From an uncultured Nitrospiraceae bacterium (lineage in GTDB: Bacteria > Nitrospirota > Thermodesulfovibrionia > Thermodesulfovibrionales > UBA6898): a DNA stretch of 64,000 bases. The stretch is taken from the NCBI GenBank assembly GCA_963811165.1, contig CAWEQH010000004.1, positions 256,001 to 320,000 of the forward strand, read 5' to 3'. Below are positions 9,271 to 18,885 of the stretch, one piece after another; position 1 is the first letter of the stretch, and each line of letters starts with the position of its first letter. The position numbers and the translations under genes were made by a program. A model generated the notes under the pieces. That model did no database searches. It saw only the letters and a list, made by a program, of their open reading frames with translations, and was not told where the DNA came from.

Positions 9271-10107
9271 ATGAATTGGAAAGTAGCCGAACGAGTATAT
9301 AGAGCGTGTCTCCTCGTGGGAGTGATATTACTCACGGGGGTTTCGGCAGGTTGCGCCCACAGGCTCTATGCTCCGATGCAACCCACCGGCTGGAGTGCCC
9401 AGCCTATCGTGAACGCCTGCCGCTTTGCCCCTGACGCCGACCTGGACCCTGCCACCGGAACGCCGGTCGGGGACGAAGGGTATTACCTTTATATCCTGAC
9501 CGAATCTGCCCATTGGGACTTCAGCTATGCGCCGGGACTTCTCTTTTCAATTTGGCGTCAGCCTTGGGCGCATAGCTGGATCATCCTCGAAAGTCCCGGG
9601 GACCGTCTGGAATTCGGCCACACCGGCGACTTCGGGCTGGAGAAACCGCGTTACCATTTGGGGGTGATACAAAGAATTCGGGAGGGAGACCCCAATCCTA
9701 TCGCTTATTTGTGGCAGACGATGTCCGACGGAGAATTCCAGATCGGCAAGCCCCCCCGCCCCCCCACATTCGTCTGGAGAATGCCGATTACACAGCGACG
9801 GTATCAACTGATATATGAATACGCGATGCACCGGAAGTATGACCAGTTCGGATTGAGGAGCAACAATTGCACAGACATGGTGGCGGAGATAGCTGCGATG
9901 GCGGGCATCAACCTGATCCACCGCATTCGCCTCACCCTGCCGCCGGAAACAAAGTTCTTGGGCAAGAAGGCGCGTATCTGGACGGACCCACAATACCGCA
10001 TACTGGAGTTCAGCACACCCGAAGTTCTTGAGGTGGATCTGCGGCAGCTTGCCCGGATGGGAATCGGGAGTGATGTCACTGAGTGGTATCTGTCTTTGCA
10101 ACACTGA
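9271..10107 (+). CDS. Predicted lipoprotein with permuted papain-like (NlpC/P60 superfamily) His...Cys motifs
   Basis: Lipobox-like VSAGC; WAHSWIILE and Y..FGLRSNNCTD in His-before-Cys order. Confidence 0.55.
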   Translation: MNWKVAERVYRACLLVGVILLTGVSAGCAHRLYAPMQPTGWSAQPIVNACRFAPDADLDPATGTPVGDEGYYLYILTESAHWDFSYAPGLLFSIWRQPWAHSWIILESPGDRLEFGHTGDFGLEKPRYHLGVIQRIREGDPNPIAYLWQTMSDGEFQIGKPPRPPTFVWRMPITQRRYQLIYEYAMHRKYDQFGLRSNNCTDMVAEIAAMAGINLIHRIRLTLPPETKFLGKKARIWTDPQYRILEFSTPEVLEVDLRQLARMGIGSDVTEWYLSLQH

Positions 10108-10186
10108 AGATCGAGCTGTTATTTGGCCGTATCGGACCCGATTGATCGACCCGGCGAATTACGGTAAAATTTCTGTCAAAAGGTGA

Positions 10187-13100
10187 ATGTGTAAATTGAA
10201 GCATAAGAAGTCTGTTATATTGGCCGAGCATCGGGACCCAATTATTGCTTTTGTCTGGCGGCCCGAGGAGGTCATCCCACCTGTGATCCAGATGGCTCAC
10301 AGAACAGGGAGCAGGGCCATCTTCGACTTTTGCTCGATGGGGGCGGAAGAGTTGCGTTCTTTCTTACGAAAGGCCGATCCTACCGGCCACGTTAGGGATA
10401 TCAAGATTTCTGCCCCTGCCTTGATCGATCCATCTTTTGGGCGGTTCCTTCAGGAAACAGGGGTCCAGGACATCTGGGTAGAATTCCACCCCCGGTTTTC
10501 CCAGGGAGATCCTTCAGTCTTTCTGCAGAGATTTAAAGAATTGTCGGAAGACCACCGTTGCTTTCCGATCGTCGGGGACCCGAATCTTCTCACAGCGATT
10601 TTGAAGGACAACCCGGAAATCGGGCGCATCGTATTGAAAGGATGCGAGGCCTCTGGATTCGTGAGCGGTGAGACGACCCTGGTTCTCTATTCGGCGCTCA
10701 AGGAAATGCTGCGCACCTCCTCGAAGTCTCCGGATATCCTCATCTGGGGAGGCATCTGCACCCCTGAGGCGGCAGCGGCATTCCTGTCCACAGGGGCCAC
10801 CGGGATCGTCTTTGAGAGCGTCCATTGGCTGACAGATCTGGTTGCTGTTGATCACCTCCAGCGGCAGCTGCTCGCCGGGCTTCGTATGGATTCTACCGAT
10901 CTGGTCGGTCTGGACCTGCAGGCCCCTTGCCGCCTTTTCAACAAAGGGAACTCGCTTGCGTTCAGGGAGATTAAGACGTTCGAGAACTCGCTGTGCGGAG
11001 CAGAGATCACGGATGAAAGCCGCCGTTCCTTTATAAGCCAACTGTATGCCAGGGCCCTCCACCCTCTCGATAGCCGTTTCAGTCAGGACGAGGTCATCCC
11101 CATGGGTGTAGAGGCCGCCTTTGCCGCGTCTTTCGTTGAGCGTTTTGGGTCTGAAACCCAGGATGCCGTGCAAGCCTTCATGGATGAAATTCGAACCTTA
11201 TGCCGTTCGACAGAGGTGAAAAGGGATTGCTTTTTGGACAGCCCCGTAGCCAAAGAGATGGGAACCATGTATCCCTTTATCCAGGGCGCCATGTCTTCCA
11301 TCACAGATGTACCCGAATTTGCCTCAAAGGTTGCGGATGCCGGTGGACTGCCCACCATCGCCCTTGGCCTGATGGACGATCAGGCCCTTGACCGGAGGCT
11401 GGGACCTTTACCTGAGATCATGGGAGGTCGCCCTTATGCAGTGAATGTCGTTTCCTTGGCAGAGAACCCTCTGCGGGGGACGCATCTTGCCTGGATAAAG
11501 AAACACAGACCCCGATTTGTGGTGATCGCAGGGGGTGACATATCCCCCCTAAAAGAATTGGCAGAATGCGGCATGGAGGTCATCTATATCGCTCCTGATG
11601 AGGCCATGATGAGGCTCGCCCTTGAAGCCGGCGTCCGGTATTTAGTCTGCGAGGGGTACGAGGCCGGGGGCCACGTCGGGCGACAGAGCACGCTCACCTT
11701 TGCTCAAACGGTGCTGGATCTGAAACGGCGCAACCCATTCCTCTTCCAGGACCGACGCGTGATCCTTGCAGGGGGAATCTTCAATCGGGAGACAGCATTC
11801 ATGGCCGCCATGCTCGGTGCGGACGCTATCCAGATGGGGACCACATATCTGGCCACCCGGGAGATCGTCGAGACCGGCGCATTGACGGAACTTTATCAGC
11901 GCATGATCCTGGAATCGCCTCCCGGGGGCACCATCATTTCAGGGCAGGGCACCGGACTTCGGGTCCGCTCCCTGAGGACCCCGAAAGTGGCGTCTCTAAT
12001 CTCCCTGGAGAGAGAGTTTGCAGCGGGCCGCCAGGACGAGCGTTCCTTCCGCGCAAAGATAGAAGAGATGTCCGCTGGGAGCCTCTTTGCCGCGGCCCGG
12101 GGTCTGGACAAGCCGGGAGGGGCGCCACTTGATGAGCGGGCCTGTCTGCAGCGGGGGCAATTTATGAGCGGGGCATGCGCGGGCCTCATCGGTCGGGTCC
12201 GGACGCTGCAGTCATTTCACCGCGAGCTTGCCGAAGGCCCCCTTGAGCTCTATCAGCCTTTTGGAGAAACCCCGTCCCCGCAAATTCGCCACAGCCTCAC
12301 CCGGGTCGCCCCGTCTAAAGACTATCCAGAGAGGATTGCCATCACAGGGATGAGCATTGTTAATGCCTTGGGGAATGGACCGGAGGAGGTCTGGGCCGCA
12401 AGCCTGGCAATGAAGAGCGGGATTACATTGGTCCCGCCATCGCGGTGGGACCACGGGCGTTTTTATGATCCCCGGCCGCACGTTCCTGACAAGACCTACT
12501 GCCAGGTGGGCGCCTTCCAGGATTTTCGTATTTTCCGCAATGATCTCGGGATCTCCCCGCAGGATTTCCGGACCATGACCCGGGCCACAAAGATCACGCT
12601 GTGGCTGGCAGAGAGGGCCATCCGGGCCTCGGGCATCCTGGAGTCGGACATTCCGCGCGAGCGAATCGGGGTCCTCATCTCCCAGAACTCGGGAGAGGCG
12701 GCGGGGACACTTTCCAATATTCACATCAGGGCGTATGTTCACGACATCCTCGCCGACATCAAGAAGGCCGTTCACCTGACACCGGGTCAGTTTAACGCCA
12801 TCGAACAGGCGGTGAAGTCAGGGCGCATGGCCCCGGACGACACCACACTCCTCGGCAGACTCAACTGCGCGACGGCTGGTTTCATCTGCAATCGGTATGG
12901 GTTCATGGGGCCGAGCTTTGCAGTCTCCGCAGCCTGCGCGACCGCGCTGGTCGCACTGCACAGCGCCATTCAGATGATCAGAAACGGCATCATCGATGCT
13001 GCCATTGTGGGAGGGGCCGAAGAAGACCTTACCCACCTGCATTTTCTGGAATTCTCCGCACTCGGCGCACTTTTTGGGCTGTCCGGACAGGAAAGGCCTC

Positions 13101-16100
13101 CTCGCGAGACCTCCCGTCCCTTCGATGCCGAACGAGACGGCATGGTGCTCGGCGAAGGCGGGGGAATGATCGTCATCGAGCGGGAAAGCCTGGCCCACGC
13201 AAGAGGGGCGCTTGTCCAATCAGTCATCACCGGCATCGGGGCGAGCAACAACCATATGGGTATGGTGGAGTCCTCCAGTGTCAGTCAGGAAATGGCCATC
13301 CGCGCCTCTTTCCGCGATACACCCTACGGGCCTGATGCAGTGGACCTCGTGGAATGCCACGCCACGAGCACCCGGCAAGGGGACGTGGAGGAGGTCCGTG
13401 CCCTGAAGGCAGTATTCGATTCTTCAAGGCGCACGGTGATTACCTCATTCAAATCCCAGATCGGACACACACTGGGCGCCTCGGGTATTAATAGTCTTAT
13501 TCGGGGGATCATGGCTATGAAGTCTGAGGTTTTCCCTGCCACCCTCAATTATACGCATCCGGACCCGGAAATCGACTTGAAAGGATCGGGTCTACTCATC
13601 ACCCGGGAACCGCTCGGGTGGAAGTGCAGGGCCGGACAGCCGAGGAGATTTCAGGTCAACGCATTCGGGTTCGGAGGTTCCAACTACGTTGTACAGGTGG
13701 AGCAGGCCATGGATGAAGTGGATACGGTCCTGGTCTCCCCGGAAAGAGAATACGGTTTTGACAAAGAACCCGATCTCCGTAGAGGGAAGGGAGGTGGCTC
13801 TCCGACGCTCCAGGGCGTCTCTTTCTTCCGGACTGAGATAGACGGCCGGAACTTCCGGACGGCAGTCGTGGCGCGATCCGAAGAGGAGGCGATCACGGTC
13901 ATCGAGAGGTCGGCTTCTTTTGCCGAAGCCGGAATCGATTCAACCAAGGCAGTAAGGTCCCTGGCGCAGCAGGGGATCTTACTGGGCCGCGAAGATATGC
14001 CAGTCTTGCCCCTCGCCTTTGTATTTCCGGGGCAGGGGGCACAGTATGGAGGAATGGGGCGGGATCTCTACGAATCCTTCCCCGTCATTAAGGAATGGAT
14101 GGATCGGGCTGCAGCTGCAGCTGACTTCGACCTCCTTCACTTATTGTTCAGCGATCGAGAGGAAAATCTTGCAAAAACCCGTTGGCAGCAACCCGCCATG
14201 TTCGCCATTGAACACGCCATGGCCCGATACCTTACCACCCTGGGTATCCACCCCGTGGCGATGGCCGGCCATAGTTTGGGCGAACTGACCGCCCTGTGCC
14301 TGGCCGGTGTCTATTCCCCGGAGGACGGGTTTCGAATCGTGAACAAGAGGGCCCTTTGCATGGACAAGGCCGCTGCTATGCACGTGGAGCCCGGAGTTAT
14401 GGCGGCCGTGGACGTCCCCCTTGATCTGCTTAAAGAGATGATCAATGGACTGGAGAATGTCCACATCGGCAATATCAATTCACCGAACCAGGTTGTCCTG
14501 AGTGGCAGCACCGGGGCGGTCAAGAATCTTGGTAATAAAATAAAGGGAATGGGGTACCGGGCCACCCTGTTGCCGGTCAGCATGGCTTTTCACTCTCCTA
14601 TCATGAGGGTCATCCATGATGAGCTCGCGGCGTACATTGACTCCGTTCCATTTCATGCCCCGCAGATCCCCGTCATCTCCAACACGACCATGGCGCCGTA
14701 TCCATCAGATCCCGACGAGATCAGGCGAATCCTGATGGCCCATCTGGAATCTACCGTCCACTGGATGAATAACGTGCAGACCCTTTGGAATGACTATGGA
14801 TGCCGGCTCTTCGTGGAGGTGGGCCCCGGCGATATATTAAGCAATCTCATCACAGACGCGCTTCCCGAACCGGCATGCATCCAGACCTGCCTTCCTTCTA
14901 CAGAGGGTCTGACCTACAAGACCGCTCTTGCTCAGCTCTTCGTCCAAGGGCATCTGAAGGTTGAAGGAGAACCGAGGTTTGTTTCCCTCTCTGCATTCGG
15001 GAAGACTCCTGCATCGGGCCGCAACAACCCGGACGGACAAGCCTCCTCCGCCCTCGCCGAAACATCTGAGCATCAGCATCATATAGAGGCGCTCGTTCAA
15101 ATCATCATGGACGCTACAGGATTCAACAGGGATGAAATCAAGCCCGATATGGATCTCAGAAGGGACCTCTCCATCCGCTCCAGCCGTCTTCCGATAATCA
15201 TGGATGCAGCCGAACGCCATTTCGGAATCACCATCGAACTGGAGGATTTTATAGGTCTTCGTACTGTCAGGGACATCGCCGAAAAGATTTCCGGACTGGT
15301 CGCTGCAAAAGATGGTATCGACCTGCCGCCGGCCGCAAGGTCGGCCAATGTGGGCCCTGCAATCAATGAGGGGCAGGCTTCCCAAACTTCTGCGCATCAG
15401 CACCATATAGAAACGCTTATTCAAATCATCATGGACGCTACAGGATTCAACAGAGATGAAATTCAGCCTGATATGGACCTCAGAAGGGACCTCTCCATAC
15501 GCTCCAGCCGTCTCCCGATAATCATGGACGCAGCCGAACGCCATTTCGGGATCACTATCGAACTGGAGGATTTTATAGGTCTTCGTACTGTCAGGGACAT
15601 CGCCGAGAAGATTTCCGGACTGGTCGCTGCAAAAGATGGTATCGACCTGCCGCCTGTCACCAAGACAACTGAACCTGGCTTAGTGCAAGACGAAACCTGG
15701 AAACCCTTACAGGATGAGGCGAATCTGAAACGGCTCGTATTCAGGACCGTTGCTGTGGAGCTATCGGCATCTGCTCCAATAAAATTGAGCCCAGGCGAGT
15801 CAGTCCTCCTTCTGTCACTTGACAGGGATGACGGGATTGCAAAAAATGCCGGAGATATATTCCGGCAGGCTTACGGTGTTGTCACAATTCCCATGCCATT
15901 TATGAAGGTTAACGATACTGGACAAGAAGGCTATGATATTTTTACTGATGAAGGGTCTTATAAGGTATCAGAGAGAATATCGGGGTTGGCGTCCCTGGCC
16001 GGGATGGTTATCACCTTACCTGAAGACTGGGCAGGAAGGTTAAAAGGCGTCGCGGATGTTTCGCGGTTTGTGGGGGGACTATTTCTACCACTTAAGGCAT

Positions 16101-18133
16101 TTCTCCGTTCACCGTCTAAAAAATTCGTGGTTCTGATCCATTCCAGGGAGGATACCGAAACTCCCGGCCGGCTGGTGGCGGAAGGGATGCTCGGACTTTT
16201 TCTGAGCGCAGCGCAGGAACACCCATCGGTCCAGTTTCGCACATTGGAAATCGGGAGGGATACTGAACTTCGCCTTGCGCTGCGTGGCGCTCTGGATAGA
16301 GGATGCACTGTGGTGGAGATGATTCATCGTGACGGAAGGGTCTTCACATCTGAGGGACACGTCGCCCCGTCGGTCTTCGGGGATTTGTCAGGTCTGAATC
16401 TGAGTCCTGGAGACGTTGTAGTTATGTCTGGTGGCGCAACCGGGATCAGTTCCCACCTTGCCCGCAGTCTGGTGCCCTTCCTGCCCCGTCTGGTCTTCCT
16501 GGGGAGGACCCCTCTCGATCCGGGCAACCCCAGGGCATCGGAGATTGCCCGGACCCTGGCGGATTTGCACTCCTCAGGGATCGAGGCAACGTACCATATC
16601 TGCGATGTGACCGACCCTGAGGCGGTCCGCGCGATCATGGGCGATGTGATAACCCGGTATGGCAGGATCGATGGGATCATTCACGGCGCCGGAGTCCTCA
16701 GAGACGGCCTCTTAAGCCAAATGACCCGGGATGATTTCTCGGTGGTCACGGACATCAAATTTCTCGGGGCCTGGAATCTATTCTCAGCTGCGGAGGAGGC
16801 CGGGTTGAGGTTTTTCGTGGGCCTCTCTTCGGCGGCCGCGATCCAGGGGAATCCCGGTCAGGCCAACTATGCTGCAGCCAATCGGATGATGTCTGCGTTA
16901 ATCAGAACCCTCCACCGGAAAAACAGCGCTATCAGGTTCAAGGCTTTGATGCTTCCCCCAATCGAGGGTGCGGGCATGGCCGAGGACCCGGAAGTACGCG
17001 AAATGTTGAAGCGAAAGGGCGTGGGTTACATTCATGTAAATGAGCTTGCAGGGCTTTTCTGCCGGGAGCTCTTTGTGGCCCCGGCCGACGACGATTGGGT
17101 GATGTTCATGAGGAGACTGCCATCAGTGAGGACGTCACTACTCAACGACACAATCCGTCCTTCGCTCAGCGAAGAATTGGATGGAGGCGCAGTGTCTTTC
17201 AGCCCGGAGGACTTCCCCATGATAGAAGAGATCGTCTCCCTGGACATCCGCCGGGGACAGCTGGAGGCCTTGAGAACCTTTTCCATGGAGAAGGACCTTT
17301 GGATCGCGGACCACAGGCCTTTGAGGTTCGTAAAGCATCCTCTGATTTCAGCCTGTATGGTCCTGGAGACATTCATGGAAGCCGCGCGGATCCTGTTTCC
17401 CCACCTCACGGTGCGGGGAGTTCGCAATGTGCTGTTCATGGACATGATCCAATGTCCCCCCGGCGTTCCCCGGCTTTCCAGGATCTCCTGCCGCCGGGCC
17501 GGCACAGGTCTTCGGGAGATAGTATGCGAGGTCTCTCTGGCGGCACGGGAGATCTCCCCGTCCGGGAGATTGACGGACCGCTTCACCCCGCATTACAGGG
17601 GCCAAGTAATCCTCGCCGGCGTGGATACAGGGGGAGGATCTATAGGGGAGGAGCTCCCGGATTTTCCTGTCCGGCCGGACGAACTGCGAACGAGGTCCCT
17701 GGATCATAAAAAGGTGCTTCAATGGTACAAAGACCTCAGCGGCCTCAAAGACAGGTATCGCGTGATAGAGGTTATTGACGGTGCAGGGCCAGGAGTGGTG
17801 CGGGGCCGGACTACCTACCGGCAGACAAGTGATTTCGTAAATCTGCGCGACACAAGATACCAATACTCTCCCTACCTTTTCGAGGCCCTTTTGCAGTTGG
17901 TCGGATTCCACATCGCTCTGGCGGACCCATCGGAACAGAGATCGATGGTTCCGATGGAGATCGGGGAGATGAGGTTTTTGCGCACCTGCCGGGCAGGGGA
18001 ACAGATAATACTGGAGGCTCGCATGCGGGCGCAAGACGCGGAAGGCCTCGTCTGGGACGCCAGAGGGATTGACGATCAAGGCCGCATAATCATGCAGGTG
18101 CATAATATGCGCATGCACTGGGTTTCCGCCTGA
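10187..18133 (+). CDS. Pfa-like iterative type I PKS/FAS: FabK/NMO-like x2 - KS - AT - ACP - ACP - KR - DH
   Basis: FabK-like IQGAM, EGYEAGGHVG, LAGGI; KS GPSFAVSAACATA, ECHATST, KSQIGHTLGASG, NAFGFGGSN; AT FPGQGAQ, GHSLGE, MAFHS; two ACP copies; KR GGATGI, HGAGVLRDG, GQANYAAAN; DH WIADHRP. Confidence 0.93.
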   Translation: MCKLKHKKSVILAEHRDPIIAFVWRPEEVIPPVIQMAHRTGSRAIFDFCSMGAEELRSFLRKADPTGHVRDIKISAPALIDPSFGRFLQETGVQDIWVEFHPRFSQGDPSVFLQRFKELSEDHRCFPIVGDPNLLTAILKDNPEIGRIVLKGCEASGFVSGETTLVLYSALKEMLRTSSKSPDILIWGGICTPEAAAAFLSTGATGIVFESVHWLTDLVAVDHLQRQLLAGLRMDSTDLVGLDLQAPCRLFNKGNSLAFREIKTFENSLCGAEITDESRRSFISQLYARALHPLDSRFSQDEVIPMGVEAAFAASFVERFGSETQDAVQAFMDEIRTLCRSTEVKRDCFLDSPVAKEMGTMYPFIQGAMSSITDVPEFASKVADAGGLPTIALGLMDDQALDRRLGPLPEIMGGRPYAVNVVSLAENPLRGTHLAWIKKHRPRFVVIAGGDISPLKELAECGMEVIYIAPDEAMMRLALEAGVRYLVCEGYEAGGHVGRQSTLTFAQTVLDLKRRNPFLFQDRRVILAGGIFNRETAFMAAMLGADAIQMGTTYLATREIVETGALTELYQRMILESPPGGTIISGQGTGLRVRSLRTPKVASLISLEREFAAGRQDERSFRAKIEEMSAGSLFAAARGLDKPGGAPLDERACLQRGQFMSGACAGLIGRVRTLQSFHRELAEGPLELYQPFGETPSPQIRHSLTRVAPSKDYPERIAITGMSIVNALGNGPEEVWAASLAMKSGITLVPPSRWDHGRFYDPRPHVPDKTYCQVGAFQDFRIFRNDLGISPQDFRTMTRATKITLWLAERAIRASGILESDIPRERIGVLISQNSGEAAGTLSNIHIRAYVHDILADIKKAVHLTPGQFNAIEQAVKSGRMAPDDTTLLGRLNCATAGFICNRYGFMGPSFAVSAACATALVALHSAIQMIRNGIIDAAIVGGAEEDLTHLHFLEFSALGALFGLSGQERPPRETSRPFDAERDGMVLGEGGGMIVIERESLAHARGALVQSVITGIGASNNHMGMVESSSVSQEMAIRASFRDTPYGPDAVDLVECHATSTRQGDVEEVRALKAVFDSSRRTVITSFKSQIGHTLGASGINSLIRGIMAMKSEVFPATLNYTHPDPEIDLKGSGLLITREPLGWKCRAGQPRRFQVNAFGFGGSNYVVQVEQAMDEVDTVLVSPEREYGFDKEPDLRRGKGGGSPTLQGVSFFRTEIDGRNFRTAVVARSEEEAITVIERSASFAEAGIDSTKAVRSLAQQGILLGREDMPVLPLAFVFPGQGAQYGGMGRDLYESFPVIKEWMDRAAAAADFDLLHLLFSDREENLAKTRWQQPAMFAIEHAMARYLTTLGIHPVAMAGHSLGELTALCLAGVYSPEDGFRIVNKRALCMDKAAAMHVEPGVMAAVDVPLDLLKEMINGLENVHIGNINSPNQVVLSGSTGAVKNLGNKIKGMGYRATLLPVSMAFHSPIMRVIHDELAAYIDSVPFHAPQIPVISNTTMAPYPSDPDEIRRILMAHLESTVHWMNNVQTLWNDYGCRLFVEVGPGDILSNLITDALPEPACIQTCLPSTEGLTYKTALAQLFVQGHLKVEGEPRFVSLSAFGKTPASGRNNPDGQASSALAETSEHQHHIEALVQIIMDATGFNRDEIKPDMDLRRDLSIRSSRLPIIMDAAERHFGITIELEDFIGLRTVRDIAEKISGLVAAKDGIDLPPAARSANVGPAINEGQASQTSAHQHHIETLIQIIMDATGFNRDEIQPDMDLRRDLSIRSSRLPIIMDAAERHFGITIELEDFIGLRTVRDIAEKISGLVAAKDGIDLPPVTKTTEPGLVQDETWKPLQDEANLKRLVFRTVAVELSASAPIKLSPGESVLLLSLDRDDGIAKNAGDIFRQAYGVVTIPMPFMKVNDTGQEGYDIFTDEGSYKVSERISGLASLAGMVITLPEDWAGRLKGVADVSRFVGGLFLPLKAFLRSPSKKFVVLIHSREDTETPGRLVAEGMLGLFLSAAQEHPSVQFRTLEIGRDTELRLALRGALDRGCTVVEMIHRDGRVFTSEGHVAPSVFGDLSGLNLSPGDVVVMSGGATGISSHLARSLVPFLPRLVFLGRTPLDPGNPRASEIARTLADLHSSGIEATYHICDVTDPEAVRAIMGDVITRYGRIDGIIHGAGVLRDGLLSQMTRDDFSVVTDIKFLGAWNLFSAAEEAGLRFFVGLSSAAAIQGNPGQANYAAANRMMSALIRTLHRKNSAIRFKALMLPPIEGAGMAEDPEVREMLKRKGVGYIHVNELAGLFCRELFVAPADDDWVMFMRRLPSVRTSLLNDTIRPSLSEELDGGAVSFSPEDFPMIEEIVSLDIRRGQLEALRTFSMEKDLWIADHRPLRFVKHPLISACMVLETFMEAARILFPHLTVRGVRNVLFMDMIQCPPGVPRLSRISCRRAGTGLREIVCEVSLAAREISPSGRLTDRFTPHYRGQVILAGVDTGGGSIGEELPDFPVRPDELRTRSLDHKKVLQWYKDLSGLKDRYRVIEVIDGAGPGVVRGRTTYRQTSDFVNLRDTRYQYSPYLFEALLQLVGFHIALADPSEQRSMVPMEIGEMRFLRTCRAGEQIILEARMRAQDAEGLVWDARGIDDQGRIIMQVHNMRMHWVSA
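15070..15654 (+). repeat. Tandem near-identical duplication of the ACP-coding segment (324-bp period)
   Basis: 15070-15330 recurs at 15394-15654 with mostly synonymous differences. Confidence 0.9.
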
Positions 18134-18150
18134 GCCATGGGTACAGACAG

Positions 18151-18885
18151 ATGAGAGTGAATTTGGCAAAGGACCGCGAAGAAGTAACCGTCCATACGAT
18201 GAATCCCGTTCATCGAAGGGGACCTGTCTTTTATGCCTCCCTCCAATGTGGCACGGAAATTCGCAAGGGTCATGGTACGAACGGAGAAGCAGCGAAACAC
18301 CGCCTCGTCTCTATCCTATGGAACCACCTTGTGGCGAGGGAAAGTCCTCTTTGGAAACGATCTCAATCTTCATGCAGAGATGCTTTCCTGATTCGTGTGG
18401 TCCACGACCAGCTTGGCAAGCCCCATCTCCTGTTGGGAGAGCATCGGGGGCCAGCTGTTTCCTTCAGCCAGGGTGGAGGAAGAGTCTGGGCCGCCCTCTG
18501 TGCAGATGCGTCTGAGATCGGCATGGATGTGGCGGTGGCCGATGAATTCCAAGGAGAATACCCCTTTCAACGGGTATTCCATACAGAAGAGCTTCAACAT
18601 GCCCTAAGGCTGGAGGGTGCAGATGTTGCAAAGGCGTCCGCCCTGCTCTGGTCCATCAAGGAAGCCGTTGTCAAGGCCCTCGGATGCGGTTTCCATCTTG
18701 TGGATCCGAGGGAAATCTGCGTCCATCCTTCAGGAGAAGTGGGCGGCGGGTATACCTTTTCCGTGTGTATGTCAGGGAAGGTCCTGGCGCGGTTTCCCAA
18801 AAGCGCCGGCCAGTCCTTATGGGTACGATCTATTCCCCAAGGGAATATGCGGCTTTCGATCGCCCTTTTAAATCAACAACCATGA
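18151..18885 (+). CDS. 4'-phosphopantetheinyl transferase (Sfp-like)
   Basis: LGKP, VSFS, IGMDVA, LWSIKEAVVKALGCG; directly after the synthase. Confidence 0.9.
   Translation: MRVNLAKDREEVTVHTMNPVHRRGPVFYASLQCGTEIRKGHGTNGEAAKHRLVSILWNHLVARESPLWKRSQSSCRDAFLIRVVHDQLGKPHLLLGEHRGPAVSFSQGGGRVWAALCADASEIGMDVAVADEFQGEYPFQRVFHTEELQHALRLEGADVAKASALLWSIKEAVVKALGCGFHLVDPREICVHPSGEVGGGYTFSVCMSGKVLARFPKSAGQSLWVRSIPQGNMRLSIALLNQQP

Noticed and set aside
10187..18133. Calling the synthase a canonical PUFA (pfaABCD) or enediyne PKS
   Set aside because: No PfaB/PfaC (KS-CLF, FabA-like DH) genes, and no thioesterase or enediyne cassette genes; product not assignable.
18684..18881. N-terminal extension of the GNAT ORF in the ORF track
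   Set aside because: Overlaps the PPTase; ATG 18882 with ATGA coupling is the better start.
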